Below are positions 52,930 to 61,709 of a DNA stretch of 64,000 nt, piece after piece. The stretch is taken from positions 20,889 through 84,888 of IMG/VR virus record IMGVR_UViG_3300038443_001692. The stretch is one strand, 5' to 3'. The stretch is from a virus (taxonomy: Duplodnaviria > Caudoviricetes). Position numbers and translations under genes: made by a program. Positions within the stretch are counted from its first letter, which is position 1. Each line of letters begins with the position of its first letter. Below the pieces are notes generated by a model that did no database searches, had not been told where the DNA came from, and saw only the letters and a list, made by a program, of their open reading frames with translations.

Positions 52930-54425
52930 TGGGCGCCCGACTCACATCCGGAAAGCTCCGGTTGCGGAACGGCGCCCTGGCGCTGACCTCGGGTCCAGTC
53001 ACCCCTGGCGTGTTGTCCGCGCTGGCTGATTTCACCGACCAGCGGATCTTCCAGCGTGTCGGCACGAGCCGCGCGCTGACCGTCAATATGACGTACACGG
53101 GCAACGCGCCGACCGGCGTCGAGGCCCAAATCGTCGACTTCACCAGCGGCAGCACAATCGTCGACTGGACTGCGCTGACCAACTTGCAGGCCTCGAGCGG
53201 CAGTGCGACGGGACAGATCACCGTGCCGCAGGGCGGCTGGTACAAGCTGAAAATCCGCAGCGTCAGCGACCGCGCAACGGTCCTGACGGGAACCCTGAAA
53301 TTCGGCGTCGGCATGGTCATCTGCTTCTGCGGGCAGTCGAACATGTACTACTTCAACACAGACTATCTGAAGTTGCCGAACTGCGGCCCACGCTCTATTG
53401 AATGGATCGGCGGGGCCTATCGTCGCATCGGCCAGTACAACGATGCCTACGCGGCCAGTCTGCTGTACAACGTCGCCGGCGGCTACTCGACCTATAGCCG
53501 CGACAACGGCAACTTGCAAGGTGACGCCCTTGTGATCTTCGTCAATGCGATGGTGGCGGCCCTGAACATCCCGGTGCTGGCGATCCCCGTCATCAACTCT
53601 GGCATGAGCATCGATACCTGGATTCCGGCCAGTACGACCAAATGGACCGAACTCGCGACGGCGATTGCCGCAGTTGGCGGCGACGCTGAAATGTTCCTGT
53701 GGTATCAGGGCGAAAGCGACGCGGTCAACAAGACAAGCGCCTACATGAAGTCGGCGTGGGACACCTTGCGGCAGCAGTTCTACACCATGACCGGGCGCAC
53801 GTCTGCGAATTCCCAATTCGGGATCGTCTCGCTGGGGCCGGGGCAGTACAACAGCAGCACGCCAGGCCAGTTCGGCGCCATGCGCCAGTCTCAAATCGAA
53901 TACGGGACGTCCGGGCAACAGGGCGTGTTCTATCTGGGTGGAGCACACGATTCGGACCTGCGTGACGGTGCGGTCCACCTTGCTAATGCGGCACTGCTCC
54001 GGATGGGCAAGCGTTGGCCGGCGGCGGCGCTCAATCGTTACGGTATCGGTTCGGTTTCGACTGGACCTTACGTCACCGGGGCGACCCGCAGCGGATCGAC
54101 GGTAACACTCACGGTTGCGCACACTGGCGGGACAGCGCTTGTCGACGGCGCCGGCGGCGCGGGTTCGGCGCTGACCGGCTTCGAGTTCAAGGATTCGAGC
54201 GGCAACGTCCTGACGATCAACAGCACCGCGATCTTGAGCGCAACGTCGCTGCAGTTCACCGTGACCGGAACCCCCGCGACAGTATCGTACGCAATGATGA
54301 ACTACCCGCATCAGGCCAGCTACTCGCAGAGCGGGGCGTTCGTTATTGCGTCGGTGGTTTATGACGACGTCGGCCCTGGCTACCCGCTGCGGCCGTTCGC
54401 CGCGATCGCAATAACCGGAGGCTGA
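52929..54425 (+). CDS. SGNH-family acetylesterase (SASA/CE6-like) with flanking beta domains
   Basis: GQSNM (catalytic Ser), WYQGESDA and DGAVH motifs. Confidence 0.85.
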   Translation: MGARLTSGKLRLRNGALALTSGPVTPGVLSALADFTDQRIFQRVGTSRALTVNMTYTGNAPTGVEAQIVDFTSGSTIVDWTALTNLQASSGSATGQITVPQGGWYKLKIRSVSDRATVLTGTLKFGVGMVICFCGQSNMYYFNTDYLKLPNCGPRSIEWIGGAYRRIGQYNDAYAASLLYNVAGGYSTYSRDNGNLQGDALVIFVNAMVAALNIPVLAIPVINSGMSIDTWIPASTTKWTELATAIAAVGGDAEMFLWYQGESDAVNKTSAYMKSAWDTLRQQFYTMTGRTSANSQFGIVSLGPGQYNSSTPGQFGAMRQSQIEYGTSGQQGVFYLGGAHDSDLRDGAVHLANAALLRMGKRWPAAALNRYGIGSVSTGPYVTGATRSGSTVTLTVAHTGGTALVDGAGGAGSALTGFEFKDSSGNVLTINSTAILSATSLQFTVTGTPATVSYAMMNYPHQASYSQSGAFVIASVVYDDVGPGYPLRPFAAIAITGG

Positions 54426-54429
54426 CAGC

Positions 54430-55260
54430 ATGCTTGGATTTAACGCGCTGGGCCTGACCCCCGTCGGCATGAGCACCGCTGCCAGCAGCCAGTCGGCCGC
54501 TGGTAACGCGCCCGGCGCCGCGCTTACCGGCACCGGCACCATCAGCCCAGGCTCAGCCTCGGCGCAGTCGGCACCGAGCGGCACCATCACGGTGCCGACT
54601 TCGCGCACGGCCGTGTTTGGCAGTGGCTCCCGCGTCATCCCCTTCGGGACGGAAAGCACCGCACCGTCCGTCGGCCCAGGCCCGTACTGGAAGAATTCGC
54701 GCTGGACGGTCGACAAGGTCGCGGCCGACAAGCTCTTCTATGTGGGCGACATCTCGCGCGACCTGGCCGACAGTGGCACGACGGCAGCCAGCGTAACCGC
54801 TATCGCTGTCGGCGCGACCGTGCTGGTCGCGCCTGTCCTGCAGGGCAACCTGATCGTCATCAAGATCGGGCAGCTCGACACGTCGGTGAATGCCGTCAAC
54901 TACGTGACGCTGCGCGTCGTCTGCGCCGACGGCGAACAGTTCGACCGGACGATCTACTTCAACCCGGCAAGCGGCGGGACCTGGACGTTCGGCAAGGATC
55001 CGGACGATCAGCGCTTCTATGCAATCGACGTCTCGGCCGACCTCCGTTACAGCAGCAGCACGCTGTCGTCGGCGGCGACGCCGACCGTGGCCGGCGTGTC
55101 GTCGCTCATCCCGCCGACCATCCAGGGCAACCTTGCGATCGTCAAGGTTGGCGGGCTGGACGTGACGAACAACCCGACCAACTCCTGCCTGCTGCCGCTG
55201 ACGTTTGCCAGTGGCGAGCAGATTTTCCGAACCATCTACTTCACGAGGCAGGATAACTGA
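54430..55260 (+). CDS. Fibre adaptor-like protein with two tandem domains
   Basis: MLGFNALGLTP N-terminus; DKVAADKLFYVGDISRDL and KDPDDQRFYAIDVSADL repeats, each with QGNL.(I/V)(I/V)K(I/V)G.LD. Confidence 0.65.
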   Translation: MLGFNALGLTPVGMSTAASSQSAAGNAPGAALTGTGTISPGSASAQSAPSGTITVPTSRTAVFGSGSRVIPFGTESTAPSVGPGPYWKNSRWTVDKVAADKLFYVGDISRDLADSGTTAASVTAIAVGATVLVAPVLQGNLIVIKIGQLDTSVNAVNYVTLRVVCADGEQFDRTIYFNPASGGTWTFGKDPDDQRFYAIDVSADLRYSSSTLSSAATPTVAGVSSLIPPTIQGNLAIVKVGGLDVTNNPTNSCLLPLTFASGEQIFRTIYFTRQDN

Positions 55261-55403
55261 TGATCGACGCACAGAAGCTCGTCGAGGAGCACGAGCGCCA
55301 GCAGCGCGAGGCGGCCGAAGCCGCAGCGGCGGCTGCCGCGGCGGCGGAAGCCGCACGCCGGCCGCCACCGAAAGAGCCCGTCTACATCAAGGTGCGGCCG
55401 TAG
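55260..55403 (+). CDS. 47-aa Ala-rich peptide
   Basis: CAGGA RBS; start overlaps the previous stop; MIDAQKLVEEHERQQREAAE...; not in the ORF track. Confidence 0.5.
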   Translation: MIDAQKLVEEHERQQREAAEAAAAAAAAAEAARRPPPKEPVYIKVRP

Positions 55404-55581
55404 TGTGCAGTCTCGCGTGCACTTCCTTGAACACGCTGACGATCACGTGAATCAGCTGCTTGCCGGGCGACTTGACCCGGCAATCGATCACATCCGTGAT
55501 CGGATCCTGCAGCACCTTGCCCACGGCCTCATCCCATGAATCGGCCTCGACCAGGTGGGTGATGGTGACGGTATGCTTCAT
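55387..55581 (-). CDS. Hypothetical protein (64 aa)
   Basis: GGGAG RBS; last gene of the early array. Confidence 0.55.
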   Translation of the reverse strand: MKHTVTITHLVEADSWDEAVGKVLQDPITDVIDCRVKSPGKQLIHVIVSVFKEVHARLHTTAAP

Positions 55582-55583
55582 GG

Positions 55584-56261
55584 CTACTCCCTCGCGTTCG
55601 ATATGCGCGACACATGGGCGCGGCGCGCCCCGTGCGCTTCAAACGCGACGATAGCATGACGATCAGCATTTTGGCACAACTGACAGGTGGCGCAGGTCAT
55701 GTTCTCCATGTGTTGAGCCGGACACAGCGTCACCTTGCGCCCAGCCGGCGTCTCTTTTCCACGCCATCCCACCGGTACGACCACGACCAGCGGCAGGCGA
55801 TGTTTCGCAAGTCGGTCGGCGTCCTGTAGCGAATCCGCCGACAGATTGACCGTGAAGCCGGCCTTGACGGCCTGGCGCAGCGCCCGGACGTTCTCCTTCG
55901 TAGGTTGGTAGTGGGTATACGTGAAGCCGCGCCGGCCGCGGTTGGCGCGCGCCAGCTCGCGCAGCGCCTGCGCGTCGATGACGCCGTCGGCGCCCGGCAG
56001 GTCGCCGGCCTGGTTGTGGCGCCACAGCTGGCCCTTCGGCAGCCGGCGGATCTCGTCGACGAAGTCAGCCCAGGTCGTGCCGCGCTCACCGCGCGAGACG
56101 CGATCCCAGTGCAGCTTGAGCGGGAAATTTTCGGCGTAGCAGCCGTTGCCCTTGAACGCGCACGTCGGCGGGCAGGTGCTTCTCGATGAGGTGGTGACGG
56201 GGATGGGGCCGGTCTTGGCGTTGTTGGCGATGCGGGTGAGGTGGACGAGGTGGGTGGTCAT
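55584..56261 (-). CDS. Cys-rich enzyme-like protein (possible Fe-S/radical-SAM-related)
   Basis: TCPPTCAFKGNGCYA, WRHNQAGD, FTYTH, NLSADS, CPAQ...CATCQLC; start at ATG 56261. Confidence 0.7.
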   Translation of the reverse strand: MTTHLVHLTRIANNAKTGPIPVTTSSRSTCPPTCAFKGNGCYAENFPLKLHWDRVSRGERGTTWADFVDEIRRLPKGQLWRHNQAGDLPGADGVIDAQALRELARANRGRRGFTYTHYQPTKENVRALRQAVKAGFTVNLSADSLQDADRLAKHRLPLVVVVPVGWRGKETPAGRKVTLCPAQHMENMTCATCQLCQNADRHAIVAFEAHGARRAHVSRISNARE

Positions 56262-56500
56262 AGCGTGAACTGTTTCAGGTAGGCGGCCTGCCGCTGGATC
56301 ATGTCGTAGGCGCGCGGCGAGCAGATCAGGACGTCGCCGTCCGGGTCCACCATCTTGTAGATCATGGGTTCGACGCCGAAGAAGTCGCGCGACCAGCGAT
56401 CGAAGTCCGCATTCCACTCGGGTGGCATAAGCGCGCGGAAGCGCGCGCTCAGCTCGAATCTCGGCTTATCATCGACGTAGGGCGACGTGATGACCTTCAT
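56258..56500 (-). CDS. Hypothetical protein (80 aa)
   Basis: ATGA-coupled start at 56500. Confidence 0.55.
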   Translation of the reverse strand: MKVITSPYVDDKPRFELSARFRALMPPEWNADFDRWSRDFFGVEPMIYKMVDPDGDVLICSPRAYDMIQRQAAYLKQFTL

Positions 56501-56703
56501 GCCTTGAAATCGGAACACAGCTTCTCCTTCCAAATGATGTTGACGGCGCGCGGCGCGCCGGTGAACAGCGGCGTCGACTCGACGCCGCGCGCGTCGATCA
56601 TGGCCATCTGCAGCGCGACACCGGGCGTCGTGGCCCAGATGTCGCAGTAATAGGTGCCGTCGGTGAACGTGATTGTCACGCCCCAGAGGTGGTTGTCGTT
56701 CAT
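56497..56703 (-). CDS. Hypothetical protein (68 aa)
   Basis: GGGAG RBS, ATG at 56703. Confidence 0.55.
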   Translation of the reverse strand: MNDNHLWGVTITFTDGTYYCDIWATTPGVALQMAMIDARGVESTPLFTGAPRAVNIIWKEKLCSDFKA

Positions 56704-56704
56704 G

Positions 56705-57022
56705 TCAGGTCTCCCGTTCAATCGGCGCCGTCGCAAGGAGGTTGCGGATCGCCTCCCAGGCGTCGATCGCCTTCTGCGTCTTCGGCTTGTTGCCGCGCGG
56801 GCCGCTGATCGCCTTGAGCGCCAGCTGCAGCACGTCGACAACGTGCGACGGCAGCGGCTCGGCTTCCATCACGGCCTGGTAGTGCAGCAAGCGCGCCAGG
56901 TCACGGTCGTCGATCAGCGTCATGCCCTCGAAGTGGATGCGGCACAGGTCGCCCAGGCCACCGCCCTTCCAGTCTGTGTAGATGGCGGCGTGCTTGGTGG
57001 TGTGAGGTTTCTCGTGGCTCAT
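56705..57022 (-). CDS. Hypothetical protein (105 aa)
   Basis: ATG at 57022 directly after the HNH stop. Confidence 0.55.
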   Translation of the reverse strand: MSHEKPHTTKHAAIYTDWKGGGLGDLCRIHFEGMTLIDDRDLARLLHYQAVMEAEPLPSHVVDVLQLALKAISGPRGNKPKTQKAIDAWEAIRNLLATAPIERET

Positions 57023-57023
57023 G

Positions 57024-57623
57024 TCAGTCCCATGGTGGTAAGGTTTCGTCGGGCTGCGCCTCGGCAGCGTAGCCCGCGGCGCGCAGCCCGTCAGCAAAGA
57101 TCAGCGCCGGCAGCGTGCCTGGCGTGTGCAGGCGTTCCTGGCACGTCTCGCGGAAGCGGATCTTCTCCATCAGCGAGAGGTGACCGGCCTCGCGGTTGCA
57201 GACGCGGTGCGCCAGCGCCATGTTCGCGATGTGGTCGGCGCCGCCAGCCGTAAGCGGCACAAGGTGCTCGACCGACTCGTCCTCAACCGCCACCGGCAGA
57301 TGGCAGTAGAAGCAGGCATCGCCATCGCGCTTACGGAGCGCCAGGCAGGTCGGGCTCGACCTGGCGCGGCGCTGCTCCTTGGGCACAGCGCGCCACGGCG
57401 CGTTGTTGACGCTGGCAAGGTAAGCCTCGGCCGCCGGGCCCTGCCACGTCAGCTGGCCGTGCTTGTTCGTGTAGATGATGCCGACGCCTTTCTCGGTCCG
57501 GAAGCGCAGCAGCTCCCATTCGTTGGTGGGCGTGAGCAGCTCGGCGCCGCGCTCGACCAACCAGGCCTCGAACTTCGCACGTCGCGCTTCGTACTGCTTG
57601 CGGTTGAGGGTTGGGGTGGGCAT
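57024..57623 (-). CDS. HNH endonuclease with an N-terminal domain
   Basis: RDGDACFYC...SVEHLVP...GGADHIANMALAHRVCN motif. Confidence 0.85.
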   Translation of the reverse strand: MPTPTLNRKQYEARRAKFEAWLVERGAELLTPTNEWELLRFRTEKGVGIIYTNKHGQLTWQGPAAEAYLASVNNAPWRAVPKEQRRARSSPTCLALRKRDGDACFYCHLPVAVEDESVEHLVPLTAGGADHIANMALAHRVCNREAGHLSLMEKIRFRETCQERLHTPGTLPALIFADGLRAAGYAAEAQPDETLPPWD

Positions 57624-57946
57624 TATCTCTCCTTCAAGTATTGGGTCTTACGCAGCTGGAAGCGCTTCTGGTACAGGACATTACGAGCCCGTCGGATGTC
57701 CTGCATGATGGGGTCGAGCTCCTCGCAGCGCATCTCTAGGAGGCGTGCCTGCTCGCGCAGGCGCGTCACCTCGCGGCTCAGGCTCTCCTGGCGGATGCGG
57801 TAAATCGCAAGGTGGTCGCTCAGCTCGACGATCCTGGCGTCGACCTCTTCCAGCGTGCGAGGTGGTCTGGGCAGGTCGGCTGGCGGTTCGGGTGTCTCGA
57901 TGGAGGGCTGCTGCAGGAAAACAGGGATCTCGTAATGCTGGTTCAT
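57623..57946 (-). CDS. Hypothetical coiled-coil protein (107 aa)
   Basis: ATG at 57946; stop overlaps the next start. Confidence 0.55.
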   Translation of the reverse strand: MNQHYEIPVFLQQPSIETPEPPADLPRPPRTLEEVDARIVELSDHLAIYRIRQESLSREVTRLREQARLLEMRCEELDPIMQDIRRARNVLYQKRFQLRKTQYLKER

Positions 57947-57974
57947 GGCTACCCCGATGCCGGGTTGTGGGTGA

Positions 57975-58484
57975 TCATCTCTTCCTCCTCTTCGCCGGGT
58001 TGGCGTCGTAATCGTCGGGCCGCTTCGTGCCGCGCAGGCGCTTGTCGGTCTCGCGCACGGCGCGGATAAAATCGCGGTGCGGCAGCGCCTCCATGACGTC
58101 GGCATACGCGTCGATCAGCACCTCGATGGCGCGCACCTCAGGACCCACCAGGCGCGGCGGCACGCCGTGCGCGATGGCGTAGTCAGCGCTGTCCTTCAGG
58201 ACCTGCTGCGCGTCCTGCAGCAGGCCGGCTGTGTCCTGGACCATGCCCAGCTCGCCCATCACCTCGATGATGTTGGCGACCATCGCGCACACCTTCCAGT
58301 GATAGCGCGTCGGATCGTCGCCGGTGGCAAGGTATTCGAGGTGCGCTCGCGCGTCCCTCTCGCGCGCCTCGGCGAAGACCTTGGGCATCGGCTCGGTGGG
58401 CGAGGCGGTCAACTCGTCGAACAGGCCGAAGGCCACCTGGCCGGGCTTGGGTGGCGGCGGTGTGCCGCGACGTCGGGTGCTCAC
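57975..58484 (-). CDS. Hypothetical protein (169 aa)
   Basis: GGAGG RBS, GTG start, host-like codon usage. Confidence 0.65.
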   Translation of the reverse strand: MSTRRRGTPPPPKPGQVAFGLFDELTASPTEPMPKVFAEARERDARAHLEYLATGDDPTRYHWKVCAMVANIIEVMGELGMVQDTAGLLQDAQQVLKDSADYAIAHGVPPRLVGPEVRAIEVLIDAYADVMEALPHRDFIRAVRETDKRLRGTKRPDDYDANPAKRRKR

Positions 58485-58738
58485 GGAGCCTCCGGATCGA
58501 ACGTGCTGTCCAGGTAATAGCCGGCGCCTCGCAGCGCCTGCACGATCGACTGCGGCAGCTCGGTCATACCGTCGAAATCACGCAGCTCGATCTTGCCCGG
58601 CTGCTCCTCGCTCGGCCCGAACCACAAGCCGCCGCCCGTTCCGTCACGGTGCCGCTCGATGTAGCCGTAATTCGCGGCCGTGTCGATCTTGATGTCCCAC
58701 TTCTCGGTGGACAGGTCCTGATTGAAGTTATACGGCAT
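58481..58738 (-). CDS. Hypothetical protein (85 aa)
   Basis: AAGGAG RBS. Confidence 0.65.
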   Translation of the reverse strand: MPYNFNQDLSTEKWDIKIDTAANYGYIERHRDGTGGGLWFGPSEEQPGKIELRDFDGMTELPQSIVQALRGAGYYLDSTFDPEAP

Positions 58739-59291
58739 GGTTGGTCTCCTTCAGTGGGCGTACTTCAGCGCGCCGGGCGCGGGCATCGGTCATGCGGTAG
58801 CGGCAGCCGTCGGCGCCATAGATCAGCCATGCGCGGCCGGCCCGGCTGTCGACACGGTACTCACGGCCGCCGTACACCAACGTGTCGCCAACCTTGATCT
58901 TCGGCCGCGCGCGGCGCCGCTCGTGGTACGCCCGGCAGCGGGCGCGCCAGTCGATCGCATACTCGTACTCGGTCGGCGTGAGCAGGTCGAGGATGCGCTC
59001 CGGGCACTCAGCCTCGCAAGGTCCGCAGCTCTCGTCCATGTCCTTGTAGCCGAAGTTGTGTTCGGCGCGTGGGCAGAAGCCGAGCAGGAACACGGCGGCC
59101 CAGACGCGGCGCTCGCCGGTCTCCTTGTGCACCTGCTCGATGGCCGCGTAGAACGTCTTGAGGCGGACGATCGAGTAGTCGAGCACCTTGTACTCGTACG
59201 GCGAATCGGTCCAGCGCAGCGCGCCGGAATAGTTGATCAGGAAGTCGGCCACCTTCAGGCCTTTCGGTTTGTGCATCCAGAGCCAGCCCAT
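58728..59291 (-). CDS. Conserved phage protein (DUF6927-like)
   Basis: MGW...FYAA...FGYKDMDESCGP...CPERILDLL...WRARC pattern. Confidence 0.7.
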   Translation of the reverse strand: MGWLWMHKPKGLKVADFLINYSGALRWTDSPYEYKVLDYSIVRLKTFYAAIEQVHKETGERRVWAAVFLLGFCPRAEHNFGYKDMDESCGPCEAECPERILDLLTPTEYEYAIDWRARCRAYHERRRARPKIKVGDTLVYGGREYRVDSRAGRAWLIYGADGCRYRMTDARARRAEVRPLKETNHAV

Positions 59292-59292
59292 G

Positions 59293-59544
59293 TCATTTCT
59301 CCTTTTCTGCTTCAGCCAGCGCGCGGCGCAAGCCCTCGACGTCGTTGCAGGCCACCCAGCCCAGCGCGCCCATCACGCGCTTCACGCGGTCGTCGACCTC
59401 GTCGTTGGACTTCACGGTGCCGAAATTGAGAAACACGAACGCGTGGTTCGGGTTGGCCTTGAAGGTGGCACGCATATGCGGCCGCGGACCGGGATCCGTG
59501 CGCACCTCGATCTTATTGGTCATGACCAGATCACCGATCTTCAT
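59293..59544 (-). CDS. Hypothetical protein (83 aa)
   Basis: GGAGG RBS, ATGA overlap. Confidence 0.6.
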   Translation of the reverse strand: MKIGDLVMTNKIEVRTDPGPRPHMRATFKANPNHAFVFLNFGTVKSNDEVDDRVKRVMGALGWVACNDVEGLRRALAEAEKEK

Positions 59545-59789
59545 GCTGCCTCCTCGTTCAGGCGCTGCACATTGCCCTGCAGGTCGGCAGCATCCTCCTC
59601 GGTGATCCAGGTGACGTCGCCAGGGCAATTGACGTTGACAGCCATGCTGTCGATTTGATCGACCAGCAGGTCGTTGACCTTGTCGATCGGGTCCTCGCAG
59701 CCGAGAGCTGCTTCCAGCTCGTGCATGCGATCCCAGTAGGCTGCCTTGGCGTCGACGGCGGCGCGCAGGGCTTCGAGTACGGCGCTCAT
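59541..59789 (-). CDS. Hypothetical protein (82 aa)
   Basis: Coupled ORF in the early array. Confidence 0.6.
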   Translation of the reverse strand: MSAVLEALRAAVDAKAAYWDRMHELEAALGCEDPIDKVNDLLVDQIDSMAVNVNCPGDVTWITEEDAADLQGNVQRLNEEAA

Positions 59790-60100
59790 GCTGCCACCCC
59801 ATTCTCGATGGCCAGCAGCTGCTGCACCTTGCCCTCCAACTCCATCACTTCCCTCGTCGCCTTGGCGCGGATCTCAGCCGCCTGGGCGCGCAGCGCCAGC
59901 ACGGCGTTACCAACAATCTGGTCGGGCGGCAGCAGCTCAACATCGATCTCGGCAGTGCCGACGATGACGTGGCCAAATGTCGTCGGGTCGTAGTTGCAGT
60001 AGTGCAGGTGCGGGGTGATCTTCGAGACATCAGCAAGGTCCTGCAGCTTGACGAGCTTCAGGTCAAGGTCAGTCAGGTAGGCAAACAGTTGGACTTTCAT
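59786..60100 (-). CDS. Hypothetical protein (104 aa)
   Basis: AAGGAAG RBS; coupled. Confidence 0.6.
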   Translation of the reverse strand: MKVQLFAYLTDLDLKLVKLQDLADVSKITPHLHYCNYDPTTFGHVIVGTAEIDVELLPPDQIVGNAVLALRAQAAEIRAKATREVMELEGKVQQLLAIENGVAA

Positions 60101-60342
60101 TTTTCTTCCTTCACGTTGATGGTGGTATCGACCGTGCGCCGGCCGCTACGAAACTCGGCGTGGCCAGGCGGCACGCTGTCGTCGATAACGATCGGCAGGC
60201 CGTGCAGCGTCTTGCCGGTGTACGGCAGGTCGCGGTTCTGGCGCCGCTCCCGGCCGGAGCGGCGCTCGCCGATCAGCAGCCAGCCAAACCAGAACCAGAG
60301 CCAGGTCGGACCCTTGCGCCGGTCGGACCGGTGCTCGCTCAC
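60097..60342 (-). CDS. Hypothetical protein (81 aa), possible membrane segment
   Basis: GGAGGAG RBS; WLWFWFGWLL stretch flanked by Arg clusters. Confidence 0.55.
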   Translation of the reverse strand: MSEHRSDRRKGPTWLWFWFGWLLIGERRSGRERRQNRDLPYTGKTLHGLPIVIDDSVPPGHAEFRSGRRTVDTTINVKEEK

Positions 60343-60686
60343 AGCTCCTCCGACTTGATCGAGATCTCACTTCCGTCCAGCTCGAAATAGTCGAGCGACT
60401 CGAGCGTGATGCCGTACGAGCCATCCAGGTTCGGCCAGCCCTCGGGCGCGTCGGTGCGCCACATCTCCTCCGGACCAAGTTCGGTGATCGTGGTGTGGAA
60501 GAGCTGCAGCGCCAGCATCTTCAGCACAGCCCTCGTGATGTCGCCGCCGGCGCGCTGCAGGCGGTAGGCGGCGTCGCCCCAGAAGTTATTGATCTCGTGC
60601 AGCCGCTCGTCGGTGCAGACGTCGTGGTCGATCGTGACGACCGCATCGAACGACCAGTCGTAGGTGAGGGTGTAGCGTTTCTTCAT
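60339..60686 (-). CDS. DUF2528-like phage protein
   Basis: KRYTLTYDW...V.IDH...HEINNFW...EGWP..DGS.GI pattern. Confidence 0.68.
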   Translation of the reverse strand: MKKRYTLTYDWSFDAVVTIDHDVCTDERLHEINNFWGDAAYRLQRAGGDITRAVLKMLALQLFHTTITELGPEEMWRTDAPEGWPNLDGSYGITLESLDYFELDGSEISIKSEEL

Positions 60687-60967
60687 CAGTGGTCTCCTTC
60701 GTCAGGATTCACAGCGTCGCGGTAGTCCGCCTGTGTCATGCCGTACAGATTGTAGAATTCGTCGTCGTATTCGCGGCCAGTAAGGCCATCGAGTTCTGAA
60801 TCCCGATAAGTCGGTGCCGCGTGCGGTGGGTACTGGTACCCGCGGCGCGGCGGGCACGCTGGTGCATGCTTCGTCACCCAGCGCTCGCCGACTTTGTTGG
60901 TATCTCCAGCGCCCGGCGCCACGGACTGGCCGCACGCTGCACAGGTCGCTCCGAATTTGTTGATCAT
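60686..60967 (-). CDS. Hypothetical protein with an N-terminal CxxC
   Basis: MINKFGATCAACG...KH..C; ATG at 60967. Confidence 0.6.
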   Translation of the reverse strand: MINKFGATCAACGQSVAPGAGDTNKVGERWVTKHAPACPPRRGYQYPPHAAPTYRDSELDGLTGREYDDEFYNLYGMTQADYRDAVNPDEGDH

Positions 60968-60968
60968 G

Positions 60969-61208
60969 TCAATATCTCTCCACGTCGAAAGCGTGCAGCC
61001 CGCACAGGTCCAGCATGTCGCGCGGGCTGATAGCCGCGCGCTCCAGCAGCGCGCCGACGATGTCCTTGAGGACGTCAATGTCGGTGCACAGGCTGTCACC
61101 GCCGGACTGTTTGAGGACGGCGAAATCAACGACGTCGCGGCCACAGCTGACCTGCGCCATGTCCACGCCACCGTCAGCGTTCTCGTTGGTGATGTAGAAA
61201 TCATGCAT
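60969..61208 (-). CDS. Hypothetical protein (79 aa)
   Basis: GGAGGT RBS, ATG at 61208. Confidence 0.58.
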   Translation of the reverse strand: MHDFYITNENADGGVDMAQVSCGRDVVDFAVLKQSGGDSLCTDIDVLKDIVGALLERAAISPRDMLDLCGLHAFDVERY

Positions 61209-61461
61209 TGCGCACCTCCGACGCCTCGGCCGCCAGTCGCAACGCCTCCAGCTCGCGCTGGCGCTCACGTGAGATGCGCACGGCCGGCACCATCTCGATG
61301 TTGCCCATCGCCGGCGGCATCAGCGGACGAGCCTCGATCGTCAGGATCAGGCCCCAGTCTGGCGCGCCGGTGATCAGGGCCTGCAGCTCACGCTGCGCGG
61401 CGGCGATGCCGCGCTCGGTGAACGCGCGCTGGCGTTCGTACTCTACACGTTCAGGTGTCAT
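61201..61461 (-). CDS. Hypothetical protein (86 aa)
   Basis: Coupled ORF. Confidence 0.58.
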   Translation of the reverse strand: MTPERVEYERQRAFTERGIAAAQRELQALITGAPDWGLILTIEARPLMPPAMGNIEMVPAVRISRERQRELEALRLAAEASEVRNA

Positions 61462-61709
61462 CGTTCGTCTCCCAGATCTACTTCGTTCAACTCGAACACT
61501 TCAGCGCTGCTGTCGATGATGTCGCAACCAGGCAGATGGCCAGGGTCGAGCAGCATCACAAGGCAGGACTCGATGTCGATGGTGCCGTCATCGTTGAGGA
61601 ACTCGTCGCGCAACATTCCTTCAGCGTGTGGGTGTGCCATGGCAGCACGCAGCAACTCCTCCGGCTGCTCCACCGTCAGGCTCAAGGTGAAGTCCCAGTC
61701 TTGACTCAT
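61458..61709 (-). CDS. Hypothetical acidic protein (83 aa)
   Basis: AAGGAG RBS. Confidence 0.6.
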   Translation of the reverse strand: MSQDWDFTLSLTVEQPEELLRAAMAHPHAEGMLRDEFLNDDGTIDIESCLVMLLDPGHLPGCDIIDSSAEVFELNEVDLGDER

